DNA of 64,000 bases from Macrostomum lignano (lineage: Eukaryota): positions 1 to 64,000 of the forward strand of contig NIVC01002689.1 in NCBI GenBank assembly GCA_002269645.1, read 5' to 3'. How positions within the stretch are numbered: position 1 is the first letter of the stretch; each line of letters starts with the position of its first letter. The notes under the pieces are model-generated. The model saw only the letters and a list, made by a program, of their open reading frames with translations. It ran no database searches and was not told the DNA's origin. Shown here piece by piece: positions 1-13,236 of this stretch. The position numbers and the translations under genes are program-made.

Positions 1-356
1 TTAGAAAGCCGTGTCAGTTTTACACACTGTGTAAGGATATTTTGTAAGGATATCACATCCTAGTTATTGTTTATATCATACAGCATCGCTTAAAGGATCG
101 TTATTTTTTTAAAGCGTCACCAGATAAATACAATGATGATTGCATCTTCAGTAGAAAATCTAACAAGGTCAGTGCTTTGCATACAAATTCAATAATTCAG
201 ACTGAATCACGGAATAAAGTGACGAGACTATTTACTGTTCACAGTTTGCTTAGCCACGTTTGTGTTACTGATCGCTACCGTAATGTGTTTGACATGGATA
301 GACCAAGAGATCCAGGGTGCGGTCTCCCCCCATCACCGAACTCCGACTTTGCGTAC

Positions 357-2383
357 CATCTGAGAAATGCCGTTCATTCCATCCAGCATGAACACCAGAG
401 TCTGGTAGAGCGATTGCTCCTGCTGATTGAGAATGGACAGCAGGAAGTCTTCTCGCAGGCATTCCGGCACCTCCATGATTGAAAAGCCGCTCTGCAACAG
501 CGGGCAGTCAACGCCGATCTCGAGCCAGCAGTTCTCCTTCAGCGACGACCATTCCTGTCGTTCCTCTTCGTTCATGCGGTCGTGTATGAAGCCTCGGACA
601 AGATTGGCCAGCTCTGGACAGCCTCTCGCGTTGTTGTTGCCCGTTGTCGCTGCTCGAGTCCGAGTTCAAATTGAGTCCCCGTAGCTGACGTAAAACCTGC
701 GTGAAGTGTCACGTGGTTACGAATCTGACTAGAAGAGCAGACTCTTGATATTAATTAGGAACTCAACTCTACATGCTTAATTACTTTGCGATCATCTTTT
801 GTAATCATTTGTCTTTAAGATCAGTCAAAGTTTTCACAGTACTATTAACGAAAAATAGTTCACCTCTGAGAGTAGACAATCCTGATGACGCCCTTGTCCT
901 CCTGGCCGAAACGGACTGGCAAAACTCGTCGGCCCATTAGGCTGTTAATTAGAGTCGACTTGCCGCTCGTTGGAGCGCCGCAGACCATCAGCACCTGAGG
1001 AGTGGGGGTGTCAGATGAGCTAAAACATTTCGAGATTGGGGATTGCGAGTTGCCAGAGGTACCAGGCGCCAGCACAGAGGCGCCAGCACCAGAGGCGCCA
1101 GCACCAGAGGCGCCAGCACCAGAGGCGCCAGCACCAGAGCGCCAGCACCAGAGGCGCCAGCACCAGAGGCGCCAGCACCAGAGGCGCCAGCACCAGAGGC
1201 GCCAGCACCAGAGGCGCCAGCACCAGAGGCGCCAGCACCAGAGGCGCCAGCACCAGAGGCGCCAGCACCAGAGGCGCCAGCACCAGAGGCGCCAGCACCA
1301 GAGGCGCCAGCACCAGAGGCGCCAGCACCAGATGCGCCAGCACCAGAGGCGCCAGCACCAGAGGCGCCAGCACCAGAGGCGCCAGCACCAGAGGCGCCAG
1401 CACCAGAGGCGCCAGCACCAGAGGCGCCAGCACCAGAGGCGCCAGCACCAGAGGCGCCAGCACCAGAGGCGCCAGCACCAGAGGCGCCAGCACCAGAGGC
1501 GCCAGCACCAGAGGCGCCAGCACCAGAGGCGCCAGCACCAGAGGCACCAGCACCAGAAGCGCCAGCAGGCTAGAGGCTAGTTGATGTGCTGACGAAATGT
1601 AGCAAATAAAAAAGCCAACCTGCCAACCCACCGGTTTCGCGTGGCAGCCAAAGCTTGCCGTGATTCCCGCACTCTCCGGTTTCGTTATCCAGCCGTTGAA
1701 GCTCGCCGCCGCCCCGCTGGACGCCGCCGCCGAAGCGGCATCTCTGCCGCCACTGCCGCCGCTGGAGGCCGGACCGCCCACCAGGCGCTGCACACCGTCA
1801 GCGGTGCTCTGCAGCCGGCGATACGCCCGCATGGTCAGCAGGCGCCAGTTGTGCGCCTCGAATCGGTGCCGATCGAACTGGCGCAGATGGGGCGAGCAGC
1901 TGATTGGCCGCATCCGCTGGAGCCTGTCGCCAAGGCTCGAGCAGCTGCTGCCGCAGTCGAATTCATCTGCGAATTGTGGCGTTCGAAGTTTTTCATTAAC
2001 AGTGAAAAGTTAGTTAATCTCCATAAACGCTAACTGACGAGCTTAGAAACGAATTGCTTATCTATCCTTGTTTAAGTCAGGAAGTACATTGAATAGATAG
2101 ACAAAGGGATTGGTAATCTATCTAACACTGATTCAGGAAATAGTATAGATGGATTGCTAGAAATCTAGGAAGTCTAATACTTGAAGACAAATTGCCTGTT
2201 TTTACGTGTATCCTAAGTCATATACATATACTGTAACAACTCACCGTCATCTGAGTGCTCGGAGCCCTGCTCAAAGTCGCAATACGCCGGCTGATCCCTG
2301 TGCATGGTCTGCATCGGTCGGGACTCGAACCCTTCGTTAAGCTGACTGCGTCGATAGGAAACTTCCGCATCCTGTTGCATCAT
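357..2383 (-). CDS. Partial multi-exon gene for a dynamin/mitofusin-like P-loop GTPase-domain protein (3' end lies beyond the left edge or unresolved)
   Basis: Exons 2383-2245 (ATG..G|GTGAG), 1966-1632 (|GTGGGT), 994-864 (VLMVCGAPTSGKSTLINSLMGRRVLPV, Walker A/G1) and ~696-357 (LEIGVDCPLLQSGFSIMEVP). The first three join in frame. The last junction meets an in-frame TGA at 666-668 unless a micro-intron is used. Confidence 0.6.
1055..1572. repeat. 15-bp intronic minisatellite (GAGGCGCCAGCACCA)n, >30 copies
   Basis: Direct tandem repeat between the predicted donor at 1631 and acceptor at 995; explains the APEAP/STRGA/LVLAP ORFs. Confidence 0.97.
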
Positions 2384-3077
2384 GTGTTGTCGCGCAGTTT
2401 TGCAGTATTTAATAGCAGTACTTTATTGGTGCTTAGTGAAGTTTCAACTGCATGGCAAACTTCATTGTGGTCGACTAAGCTATGTAAAGCTGTCTATCTG
2501 CGGCTGTTATAAGCACTGTGAGTTCACATGTTAGCCATGTTAAGCAGCCATATACGCGGTATCAGAGTTAGCTATCAGGTTTAAAACGCAGAGTGGCAAG
2601 GGTTGGCATTATGGGCATCAAACTGATGAAGATTGTTTATTGTGCTAAATAGCTAACTACGAGCGTGTAAATTATTATGCGAAATGGTTCGATTTCAAAG
2701 GTTAGAAATCTGTATCTCTGCACCCCGTGCGGCACTGTGCATCCCTATCCCAGAGTACATTAAAGCTACATGTATGTGCGTGTCTGTACATGCAAATTCA
2801 ACTGCATGCTATAGCGTTCAAGCTAGCATTTTCATTGGTATAATTTAAGCCACACAGATTTGTATACAACTAATGCGGCTGCCTGCCTGCTGCACAAGTC
2901 TGAAATAACCTGAGAAACTGTGTCAGAATTAGCGTTTACCCACGTTATAGCTTCCATCTTCAAAACTGACTAATGTAAAATGAGAGAGAAGGCACGGTTT
3001 TGACAAGCGACAGTAGATCATTTAGAATGGGGATTAATTACGAGCTAATCCGAAAAGGAAAGGATAAATGTAGTAGA

Positions 3078-3480
3078 GCTTGACAACGCATTTGTGTCAA
3101 ACATTGGCAGCGCATTCGTGACAAACATTGACAACACATTTGTGTCAAACATTGACAGCACATTTGTGTTAAGCATTGACAACGCATTTATGTCAAACAT
3201 TGACAGCACATTTGTGTCAAGCATTGACAACGCATTTATGTCAAACATTGACAGCACATTTGTGTCAAGCATTGACAACGCATTTATGTCAAACATTGAC
3301 AGCACATTTGTGTCAAGCATTGACAACGCATTTATGTCAAACATTGACAGCACATTTGTGTCAAGCATTGACAACGCATTTATGTCACACATTGACAGCA
3401 AATATGTCAAACATTGACAGCAAATATTTCAAACATTGACAGCAAATATGTTAAACATTGACAGCATATTTGTGTCAAAG
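3078..3480. repeat. 24-bp minisatellite with 48-bp higher-order dimer
   Basis: Alternating GTCAAACATTGACAGCACATTTGT / GTCAAGCATTGACAACGCATTTAT monomers. Confidence 0.93.
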
Positions 3481-5169
3481 ACTGATTTCAAAAATTTAAT
3501 TAAAATAAAATTCAATAACAACAACGACTCTGTTTTTTTTTGAGCACATGATAACAAATTCAGCTATGAGTACATGAATACGACGTCCTTTTATAGCAGG
3601 TAGATTCAACTACCTGTTAACTTATATTTTTGTGCGTGTAATCATTGGTTTCCTATCCATGGCATAACGAGCTCCTGTCCATAGTAGTGGCTTTGACACA
3701 TGCGATATGAGACATGGGGCCAACTTAAAGAGGAAAATGCACAACATATCGAGTGATTCTGTTATGACAGCAATATTGACTGGGTTAGCTGGGACAGCAA
3801 GCGTGTGGCAACTAAATGTATAGTATAATAGGCCCTGCTCAATTTGATTTCAATTTCGCTTATCTGTAGTAGTACTAATAGTACTAAAATACCAATCCAA
3901 TTGTAATGCTATATTTATACAGAATTGATTTTGGCAATAAATTGACAAGCTGTAGGTTGCAACAGTGTATAGTTGAACATATTAAGTAATATAATAGACA
4001 GAGACACAGTTGTTAGACAATACACACCTTGGGCCGAAGATTCAAATTTAATTAAACAATATTGCAGATTGGATAGTCGCATGAATTTTTTCTCGTATTG
4101 CTAACAATAATAGATGCTTACATTAGGCAAATCCCATGCAAATGTAGGCCAAAAGAGATTGATATTATATGACAGCCTAAGAACCCAGGTGAATGAACAA
4201 GGAATCGAACCACTGACTAACAAGACATATAGGTAGAAAGTTTAGAAAAAACTTTTTTTGACTTATACTAACGCCAAAAGCAGTTTAGAAGAAAAATGGA
4301 AACCCAAGTTTTACCAAGAATTTGCGTATGCATCCTACTGTAAGTAGAATTGTGAGAAATCAACTTGAATAGCGTAGGAACAAAGCATAGGAGCGATCCG
4401 AAATAACCAAAAATCATGTTAAGAAAACAGCAGAAATTTGATAAGCAATCAAAAAGGCATGTATGTATCTCTGCGCGAGGTTCTACTTATAACAGTACAC
4501 ACATAGCAACATAGAGCTCAATTCTTACCACAGATACTAATTAACAACTAGATCAGATCAGATCGGAAGCAACATGTGCGTATTATTCAACTGTACTACT
4601 TTCTAATAAGTAGCATGATCTCTCACTCTCTTGATTTCCGACCCGAGGCTACACACCCTTTCTGTCGCCACTTTCCTGCCCCTATTTTTATCAGTTTATC
4701 AGTTCTAGGGGCTAAGCAATCTACATTGCCAACTGACGAGTGGGTGATAAAACCACTCCCCACCTAATTTTATTTTACTAGGTCTGGAATGTACATATCT
4801 ACATTATTTCCTTCGATAAACAAGTGTACATTTCCCTGGTAGCCTGATATCGACCCAAATATTTTCTCTAACCTTCTCTACCGTCCATTCTATTGCGCCA
4901 GTTTGACAGTCCTGGGGTTGACTATCTGCCCAGCCAAATAAATGTACATTTCTATTGCCCTGAGTTTAACGTCTTTAAATATCTAACAATTATCATAGAA
5001 AAATACTTACTAATTAAAAACTTGCTACTGAATAGTGAGTAGTAACAGTTGTTTTCTCGCAAAGGGAAAACAGCGTTCCAATCAAATCTAGTCATTATAA
5101 CTTAGTATCTGGTGCCTCTCACCAAACCGGACAAGAAGTGATTACGAGAATTAAATTTACTTAGAGTTA

Positions 5170-5309
5170 TTAATTAAAGTGAAACCGAAACTGGAAACCG
5201 CTGCCCTGGAAAAACTGATTAAAATGTTGAAAGCCCGGCCCGCCGCCGCCGCCCTGCTGTTGCTCCGGGTCCAGGGGATCGTGACCTGAGTCGTATTGCT
5301 TGCGCTTCT
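5170..5309 (-). CDS. DNAJC3: Alternative (distal) terminal coding exon of DNAJC3
   Basis: CCTGCAG|AG phase-1 acceptor; translates EKRKQYDSGHDPLDPEQQQGGGGGPGFQHFNQFFQGSGFQFRFHFN*. Paralogous to exon 6667-6830 and ends in the canonical DNAJC3-type FxFHFN. Too short for the ORF track. Confidence 0.85.
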
Positions 5310-6666
5310 CTGCAGGTGGAAGGATTCGAGATGTGCATGTCATTTATTTCATGGCATATATCAGATGTCGAATCTGACCTGACACAAATGACATCATATC
5401 TGACATGTTGGTTCACTATGCACATTTTAGTGAATACAGCTATCGTATTTCATTTCAAGAGCACACAGAGCAGAAATTCAGAAAACATTTCAATTGAATT
5501 CGTTTAAAAACCTCCGATAAAAAAGCTTCAACCGATCACAGAAAAAAATCCTGGTAGAAGAAAACAAATACCACGAAATATTCGCCAACTTCGTGCGGCA
5601 ATAAAAAAATGAAATCGCCATTCCGCTCAGCTCACCACTAAAGTAATGCAACAACTCAACAAGCAAATACTGCTTTCTATTAATGGAAATCCGTATTGAT
5701 AATGTCGTTAAACACGCAAAACATCCACAGACATCCAGAACATGCGCGGAAAGTTAAATCAACGCTTATGTGAAATCAAACGTTGAAAACCTAATCTAAG
5801 GTTAATTTAAATTCCCGCAAGCAACGTAAAATTTGAATTAGCGCTAAAAGTGCTTTTTTCGAACAAATATGTAGTTTTAAATTTCACAAGTATTTAGAGT
5901 AAACAAAACCGCTTAATCAGTTACTTGGCGTATCATTTTTCATTTATCCCAAATATTTTTTCAATAAATTAGACTTTCAAAGACATAATTTGAAATTTGG
6001 CGCCAATTCAAATTCTCCTAATAATCTTGCAAAGTTGCAAAACATCTGAGCAGCGTCTTATTATTTCCAAATGAAATGTTAGTACTTTTAGGTGTTTAGG
6101 CATAAGATATAATGACACAATAAGAAAATTAGCAACCAGTTTTTTTAATCTCCTGCAATCTTTGATTCGGGCAACTTTTTTCTTGTAAATTATCTTGCAT
6201 CGTATTATTAAATCCTTCAGATTTTTAATATAATAAACGATAAGCTGATTTATCTAATTTTTCTAGCCAATAACTAAAGCTGTAAAAAAGCTTCAATCAA
6301 TTCCTAAATTAATCATGCGGTTAAAAACACGGTTTTAGATAAAATTAATATAAAATAGCAATTTAGAAAATGCGGTTAGGGAAGCCAGAGAGGGTCTGTG
6401 TGATTATTATTAATTTGAATGAAGAACACATACGACTCGTACATGCAAGACAAACAAAGGCTGAGACGGTGGCGGCGGCAGCAGCAGTGGCGGCGGTGGC
6501 GGCGTGTCTTTGATGTTTTCATATTGATAATCCTTACAGCCTAATTAAATCAACTTATGGACGGTTCCAGCGCTCTTTGGAAATCTTAATAAACTAATTC
6601 TAAATCTTAATTATTTTTAAGTTAAAAATAACGGCACTATATATGAATATGAATAAGATTCTCTCT

Positions 6667-9600
6667 CTAGCCAAAGAAGAACTCAAAGTGGCCGCCATTG
6701 CCCTGCTGGTGGTGCTCAAACGGATCGAAATGATGAAAGGTGAAGCCGCCGCCGCCAAACGAATTGAAGCCCTCGTGCTGCTGCTCTGGGTCCAAGGGAT
6801 CTTGGCCGTTGTCAAACTTTGCTCGCTTCTCTGAACATGGCGGGTGGATGATTGGGTAGGGGAGGCAGTGAGCGGAGAGAGAGTTCGACAATGAGGAGAG
6901 CTCAACTTCTATTGACTGAACTATGAGGAATTTAGAGATTAACTAAAAATTTGATTGAAAATATTAACAAGTGAAACTTTTGTGAATTACTCTACTGACT
7001 AAGTAGTTTAATTGTAAATATTACCGTTTCCAAGAATTTTTTTAAATTTGATGGTAAACATTCCATATAATCTTTGCATTGTCAGTAATTTTACAGAAAT
7101 TTTAATTTAGACAACTTTATATAAACTATACTTATTTCAGAAGTTCAAGGAATATTTAGCAGCATTTTGAATTGTTATAAACATATATGGTAAACTCACT
7201 AATTATATTTTTAACGCATTTCAGATGGTCAGTGATGATGCAAAAGTGAAACTGAGAATTATACGAGACGAATTTCAAGCCGGGATCAAGAAGTACAAAA
7301 TCTACAAATTAGATAGCTTAGATGTACGTAACATAACACCTCAATGCCTAGAAGAAGCGATCCAGAATTCCAAGCAACTACTAAAAAAGCACAACATAAA
7401 AATAAATAAATTCAATTCTTATTATAGACAAACTAAATATGCAGCTGCGATATGTTTTTTTAAACCTTTTACCAAAATAGCGACGTAATATTATAGATCG
7501 ATCGCACAACAAAACCTTGCATACATGAAAAAACTAAGAAATTGTAAGTTGAAAGATATTTGGATTTAATTTATGTTGTCATTGTCACTACAATTTGAGC
7601 AAGCAAAATTGGTATAGCAAGTAGGGAAATGCAAACGCAAGTCACGTCAATTAATAACATCATCTACTAAAACTTAGCAGATACAAAGTATTGAATGCAT
7701 TTCTCAGTTGAGTTTCATGAAATATATGAATTTATCTTAGCTAACTGCACTCTGCATACTGTGTTTATCATCAATTAGTTAAAGGTTGAAAAAATTGTTG
7801 AAAGAGTACGAGATTTACGATTTTACAATAACTTTATAAAAATATAATTACGGCTAATGCGGATTGCTTTGAATAAGACAACATTGTCAATTTGAATTCA
7901 GACAACATTTTCGCTTTGGGTATAGATAAAATTGTCAATTCGAGTTATATAACATTGTAAATATCAGTTTGACACTATTGTCACCTTGAGCTAAACAACA
8001 TTTTAACCTTGAGCTGAAGTGACAACATTGTCACTTTGAGTTAGATAGCATTGTCACTCTGAGTTAGATAGCATTGTCACTTTGAGTTAGACAACATTGT
8101 CACTTTGAGTTAGATAGCATTGTCACTTTGAGTTAGACAACATTGTCACTTTGAGTTAGATAGCATTGTCACTTTGAGTTAGACAACATTGTCACTTTGA
8201 GTTAGACAACATTGTCACTCTGAGTTAGACAACATTGTCACTTTGAGTTAGACAACATTGTCACTTTGAGTTAGACAACATTGTCACTCTGAGTTAGACA
8301 ACATTGTCACTTTGAGTTAGACAACATTGTCACTTTGAGTTAGACAACATTGTCACTCTGAGTTAGACAACATTGTCACTCCGAGTTAGATAGCATTGTC
8401 ACTCTGAGTTAGACAACATTGTCCACTCCGAGTTAGATAGCATTGTCACTCTGAGTTAGACAACATTGTCCACTCCGAGTTAGACAACATTGTCCACTCC
8501 GAGTTAGATAGCATTGTCACTCTGAGTTAGACAACATTGTCCACTCCGAGTTAGATAGCATTGTCACTCTGAGTTAGACAACATTGTCCACTCCGAGTTA
8601 GACAACATTGTCCACTCCGAGTTAGATAGCATTGTCACTCTGAGTTAGACAACATTGTCACCTTGAGTTAGTTGACATTGCCACATTAACAAATGACTCA
8701 TGCAATTTTATTTTTAACAAAAAATCACGACAATGAACACAATTCAAAACCATCTAATAGTAGGATAAAACTGACATTTATATAACAAAAGCTACTCACC
8801 CTCATCGGTGAGCACCTCCTTGGCGTCTGAGATGTCAATAAACTTCCTCTGGGCACTTGCTTTATCGTTGCCCTTGTAGTGATCTGGGTGGTACTGAGCA
8901 GCCAGCTTCCGATATGCCTTGAGTATCTCTCGTTTCCTAGCCGATCTGGGCACGCCAAGAATCTGATAATAATTTCGTCTGCGCGACGATTTCAACTTTT
9001 TCTGCGCATCAGCAATGCCCTCCTTGGCGCGCTGATTGTTCTTGTCAGTCTCTAGCACCTTCTGGTAGTCGGCAATGGCCTCGTTGAACATGTCCTGATG
9101 CTTGTAGGCCTCGGCGCGATTGCACAGAGCATCGGCGTTGCCGGGCTCCGCTTCCAGGACTCGAGAGCAGACGTCCACAGCTGCCGAGTCGCCATTCTTT
9201 GCGCCGCACATGCACTGGTAGGAGTCCATCTGGCGAGTTAAGCCTGCCGATTTTTGCTTGATAGTTTTTGTCAATTTTTCCAACGATTGCAGGCAGACGT
9301 CCCATTGTTTTTCTTCTGATGATTTCACTACGGCATCGAACGCTTTGGCTACCTTTTTGACCTGTTTATAGTGCTTGAAGCAGTCTTTGTGATCGGGGTC
9401 GAGTTTGAGGCATTCGCGAACTTCGTTCAGAGATTGCTCGGGATCGCCCAGGCGATAGAACAGGTGGCTGACCCGCAGGTGACCGGCGGTGTTGTCAGTG
9501 GTTAAGCGGTTGATTGCTCGCAGATCTGAGGCCGCCTGTGTCATTGTTATTTATCAATGTATTGTTAAAAGTGTTGTTATCCGCAACCCAATTCCGTACT

Positions 9601-11283
9601 TTAAAGATGGCGCAATATCCCACGTACTTAAAAGATGCCGCAAACTCCTGTGTACTTTAAAGATGCCGCAACCCTCTTCCGTACTTTTAAAGATGCCGCA
9701 ACCCTCTTCCGTACTTTAAAGACACTGCAACCCTCTTCCGTACTTTAAAGACGCTGCAACCCTCTTCCGTACTTTAAAGACGCCTCAACACTTCTTACCT
9801 TAAAGCCTTCTCCAATAGCTTCGTAGGCATCGGCGCGCAGAGCTCTCAGATCGGCATCCATCGGACTAATCTCCAAAGCTCTAGTCAGGAAATCGATAGC
9901 ATCGGTGTATTGACCATTCTCAGCCAAGTTGCGAGCATTCTCAGCGAACTCAGCTAGCGGGGTCAACTGTTCGATCTGTTTGGCAGCCTCCGCATTGCTT
10001 GGATCCAATTCTAACACGCGCCTTAGATCGGCTTTCGCGTCGCTTAGTTGGCCAGTTTTTAAGTAAATGCCGCCACGCTGCAGATAGGCGGTGGCAAAGT
10101 CCGGTTTGAGCTCGATGACTTTGTCTAAGTCTGGCAGAGCTGGCTTGGACTTGCCGATAGCCATGTAGACTGTGGCTCGGCGGAAATAGCTCTGATAGTT
10201 AGTTGGGTCCAGCTCGATGGCGGCATGATAGTGAGACAAGGCGTCTGCTAGTTGGCCAGCTGCTAAAAGCTTCTTGCCCAGCTCCAGGTGTTTGTCAATT
10301 TCTGCTTGACTGCTGGCCAGAACAGAGTCTAAAATTGAAGGAGAAAATAAGGTTAAAACAATGAAATTAGCAACTGAAAATGAATCTACTGAATTGACAC
10401 TAAAATATCAAAAAAATTTTGTACTTAAAAAGTTGTTAATGAAAATTTTAAAATCTTGTTAAAGCCTAATAGAATATAAACCTATTTTACTAATTCTATT
10501 AAATGTTATATGCTAAACAAATAGAAAGCAAACTATTGATATTATTGCTAAATTATTCAATAGTATAATAATTTAAGCAAATATTTTGCTTATAAGAATA
10601 TACATTACTGGGCCCTAAATTGCATGCCTAGTATAGAATTTTATTTTAGACTACTAAACTAAATTAGCAATCAAATATTGAAAAGTTAAGCTTTACTAAT
10701 TGTCATTATTTATAGAATTGTATTGGAATGATTCAACTAATAAATAGAATTGTAAATTAAAAAACAATATGTAAATCAATGTACAATAAGGGCAAGGCAT
10801 TATGTATTTTTTATTTTATGTCACCATGATGTAGCAAATAAAGTTTAATAGATATTAGCTTTGGATTTGCCTACATTTAAATAAATTTATAGCTTTGTCA
10901 CTGAATGAAAAACAAACCTAAAGCACAAACAAGACAATTAAAACCAGGCAAGTGGTAGGGCAGGGGCCTTTGCTTTGGGCTTAATCGTTTGTTCTGACTA
11001 AAATGCCATATGCCTAGCAGTTATTAGTTATAGGTAACTAACTACTAAACAAAACAGATTTTAGCTTTCTATTTACTGAAGGAAAAATACTGAAAAGGAC
11101 ACTGAAAAAAGCAAAATTCAGCTAAGTGAATCTTAAAATTATGCTGACCGATTAAGTAGATAACAATAACATAAAGGCAAAAAGAAGAGTTAAAAAGCTC
11201 ATACCCGAAATCCATATGTCAAACAATGCGATAATAATGTAGATTTCGCGGTATATTCTTGTCGTTCTCGAAAGAAAGCGCAT
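6667..11283 (-). CDS. DNAJC3: DnaJ homolog subfamily C member 3 (P58IPK; ER TPR + J-domain co-chaperone)
   Basis: Exons 11283-11205 (signal-peptide-like), 10328-9799, 9535-8800 and 6830-6667, all GT-AG and in frame. Shows KHLELGKKLLAAGQLADALSHYHAA, TPR repeats, J domain with HPD (YHPDHY) and DPLDPE. Confidence 0.96.
7960..8680. repeat. 23-24-bp intronic minisatellite (TTAGACAACATTGTCACTTTGAG)n in DNAJC3 intron 3
   Basis: Direct tandem repeat with internal palindrome GACAA-CA-TTGTC. Confidence 0.95.
9595..9790. repeat. ~29-bp minisatellite in DNAJC3 intron 2
   Basis: About 6-7 copies of TACTTTAAAGAYGCYGCAACCCTCTTCCG. Confidence 0.9.
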
Positions 11284-11435
11284 GCTAATATGCGTAAAAG
11301 GGGCTAAGCATATATAGACAATGATTTAAAGCACAGAAAAATATTGTAATTAATGAATCAAAGTCAACGTTTCTCCACTTTATTCACTATTTCGCAGAAT
11401 TGGATTACGTATGCAAAGTTAAAAGCGTGCTTCGG

Positions 11436-11454
11436 TATGGTCAACGCTGATTGG
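11436..11454 (-). promoter_or_regulatory. ERSE-like element (CCAAT-N9-CCATA) upstream of DNAJC3
   Basis: Minus strand CCAAT CAGCGTTGA CCATA, ~155 bp upstream of the ATG. ERSE consensus is CCAAT-N9-CCACG: spacing is exact, second half-site matches 3/5. Confidence 0.35.
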
Positions 11455-11966
11455 TTGCTACAGATTTGTCAAAAGCGTAAATTACGGACTTTAAATACAT
11501 GTGCATAGCTTTTCAAATTAAAGGTTTTTTGCAAGATACGGAGTTTATTTCAAAATATAATGCATTGTGTACTCATGGACCACTAGAAGTTACCGTTGTA
11601 TTCGGACGTAGCTCGTTTAAGGATTGCAATGCTAGTCTTTCTCAAAATGACCTTCAAATTTAATTTGCGTAGAGCACTACTAATTTTTGGTTGATGATTA
11701 AGTTAGGATCGAAGCTATACAAATAAACCTGTGCGAATTTTACTGGAGTCTAGTTTTGCTGCAATCGATTAAAATTATTCATGTACACACTCTAGCTGTT
11801 GTAATCATGCATGATTTTTAATATGATTAACAAATGATTTACATTACTTTAGCTCTGAACTTCAATTAATTGATCGAAAGGATTTTATCTGTGCGATGTA
11901 CCTAGATTTATATAGTTTTAAACGTCAGTCCTTTAACTAATTCATTCTCCAGACTGCAGTTAACTG

Positions 11967-12743
11967 CAGGGGCGTCGCCTTGGATTTTATGGTGGGGAGG
12001 ACAAAGCCAAGAATTCAACATATACATGTACACGATTAAATTTTGGCACTCATTTTAGCACCGCAGGCACGATCATTTTAGCTCCACCAGGTATTCCTTA
12101 TAGCATCGCAGGCACTCATTTTAGTGCCGCAGGCACTCACTTTAGCGCCGCTGGCACTCATGTACTCATTTTAGAACCGCAGGCACTTACTTTAGCACCA
12201 CAGGCACTCATTTTAGCGCCGCAGGCACTCGTTTAAGGAGCCGCAGGCACTCATTTTAGCGCTGCAGGCACTTATTTTAGCACTGCAGGCACTCATTTTA
12301 GCGCTGCAGGCACTCATTTTAGAACCGCATGCAGGCACTTACTTTAGCACCACAGGCACTCATTTTAGCGCTGAAGGCACTCATTTTAGTTTTAGCGTCG
12401 GAGGCACTCATTTTAGCGCCGCAAGAACTCATTTTGGCGCCAAAGGCACTCATTTTAGCGCCGAAGGCACGATCATTTTTAGCGCCGTAGGGATTATAAA
12501 AGGCGCTATATATATTTGGCGCCCTGAAGAAAAATTATTGATCACCACAACGACTCACAAGGTGGGGTGGGGGGACAAAGCATTGACATGTCCCCCCAAA
12601 GCTTTCGCCAGGGGCTAGCGGAATGGGCGGTCTCCTCCGCCTCCTCGCTGCATCCGCCGGACGCCCCCTGCAGCTATGTCAAGCCCCCAAAAGCTTTTAC
12701 TGGGGGACATGTCCCCCCCTTCCCCCCGGTGGCGACGCGCCTG
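11967..12743. mobile_element. hAT-like MITE family A, copy 1, with internal ~21-bp minisatellite
   Basis: TIRs CAGGGGCGTCGCC / GGCGACGCGCCTG; flanks GTTAACTG / GTTAAACTG (degenerate 8-bp TSD); internal GCACTCATTTTAGCGCCGCAG repeats at ~12045-12490; second copy at 19661-20256. Confidence 0.85.
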
Positions 12744-13236
12744 GTTAAACTGTATAACTGCGAATCAACTACAGGTCCATGTTGTACGTGGTCAACAATT
12801 AAGATGCTCCGCGCCGTGTAAAATTGCTCGATTGTTTGTTCAAAAGCTAAAATTAAAGATCACCACGCAAAAAAGTAACAATTTACAAGTACATGTACAT
12901 TGCATGACTCCTGATTAGTTGACTAAATTTTATTGGTGCCGTAAAATTATTTACAATATATGTAGCTACATTGAATTAAAGATTACCACGCATATTTTAG
13001 ACACTGTAGCACGAATTTTAATGCAATCATTACAGAATTAATCAACTCTGCCTGTTAAAACAATTAATAGCGAATTTAGGATTGCCAATATATTTGTAAT
13101 GAGCAAATCGATTCAGTAAGCGGCATAGATTGTGCAGGTGTTATAAATGTATTAAGTCAATAATTTGTATTGCTCTAAAATCTGTCATTTGGTCAGTCGT
13201 ATGCATCCTGTTTGCTAAAGGCTTGCTAGATAGCTT

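Noticed and set aside
1002-1580. APEAP / RRQHQ / STRGA / LVLAP repeat ORFs
   Set aside because: All frames are open because the 15-bp unit has no stop; the array lies between a predicted donor and acceptor.
3078-3480. Repeated TTGACA resembling bacterial -35 boxes
   Set aside because: Part of a minisatellite in a eukaryotic locus.
4020-4260. Possible LINE C-terminal relic (CRLDSRMNFFS-like peptide)
   Set aside because: Short and stop-ridden; resemblance too weak without a profile search.
7141-7488. 87-aa antisense ORF with nearby splice-like signals in DNAJC3 intron 3
   Set aside because: AT-rich, no recognisable domain, and the putative upstream exon does not join in an open frame.
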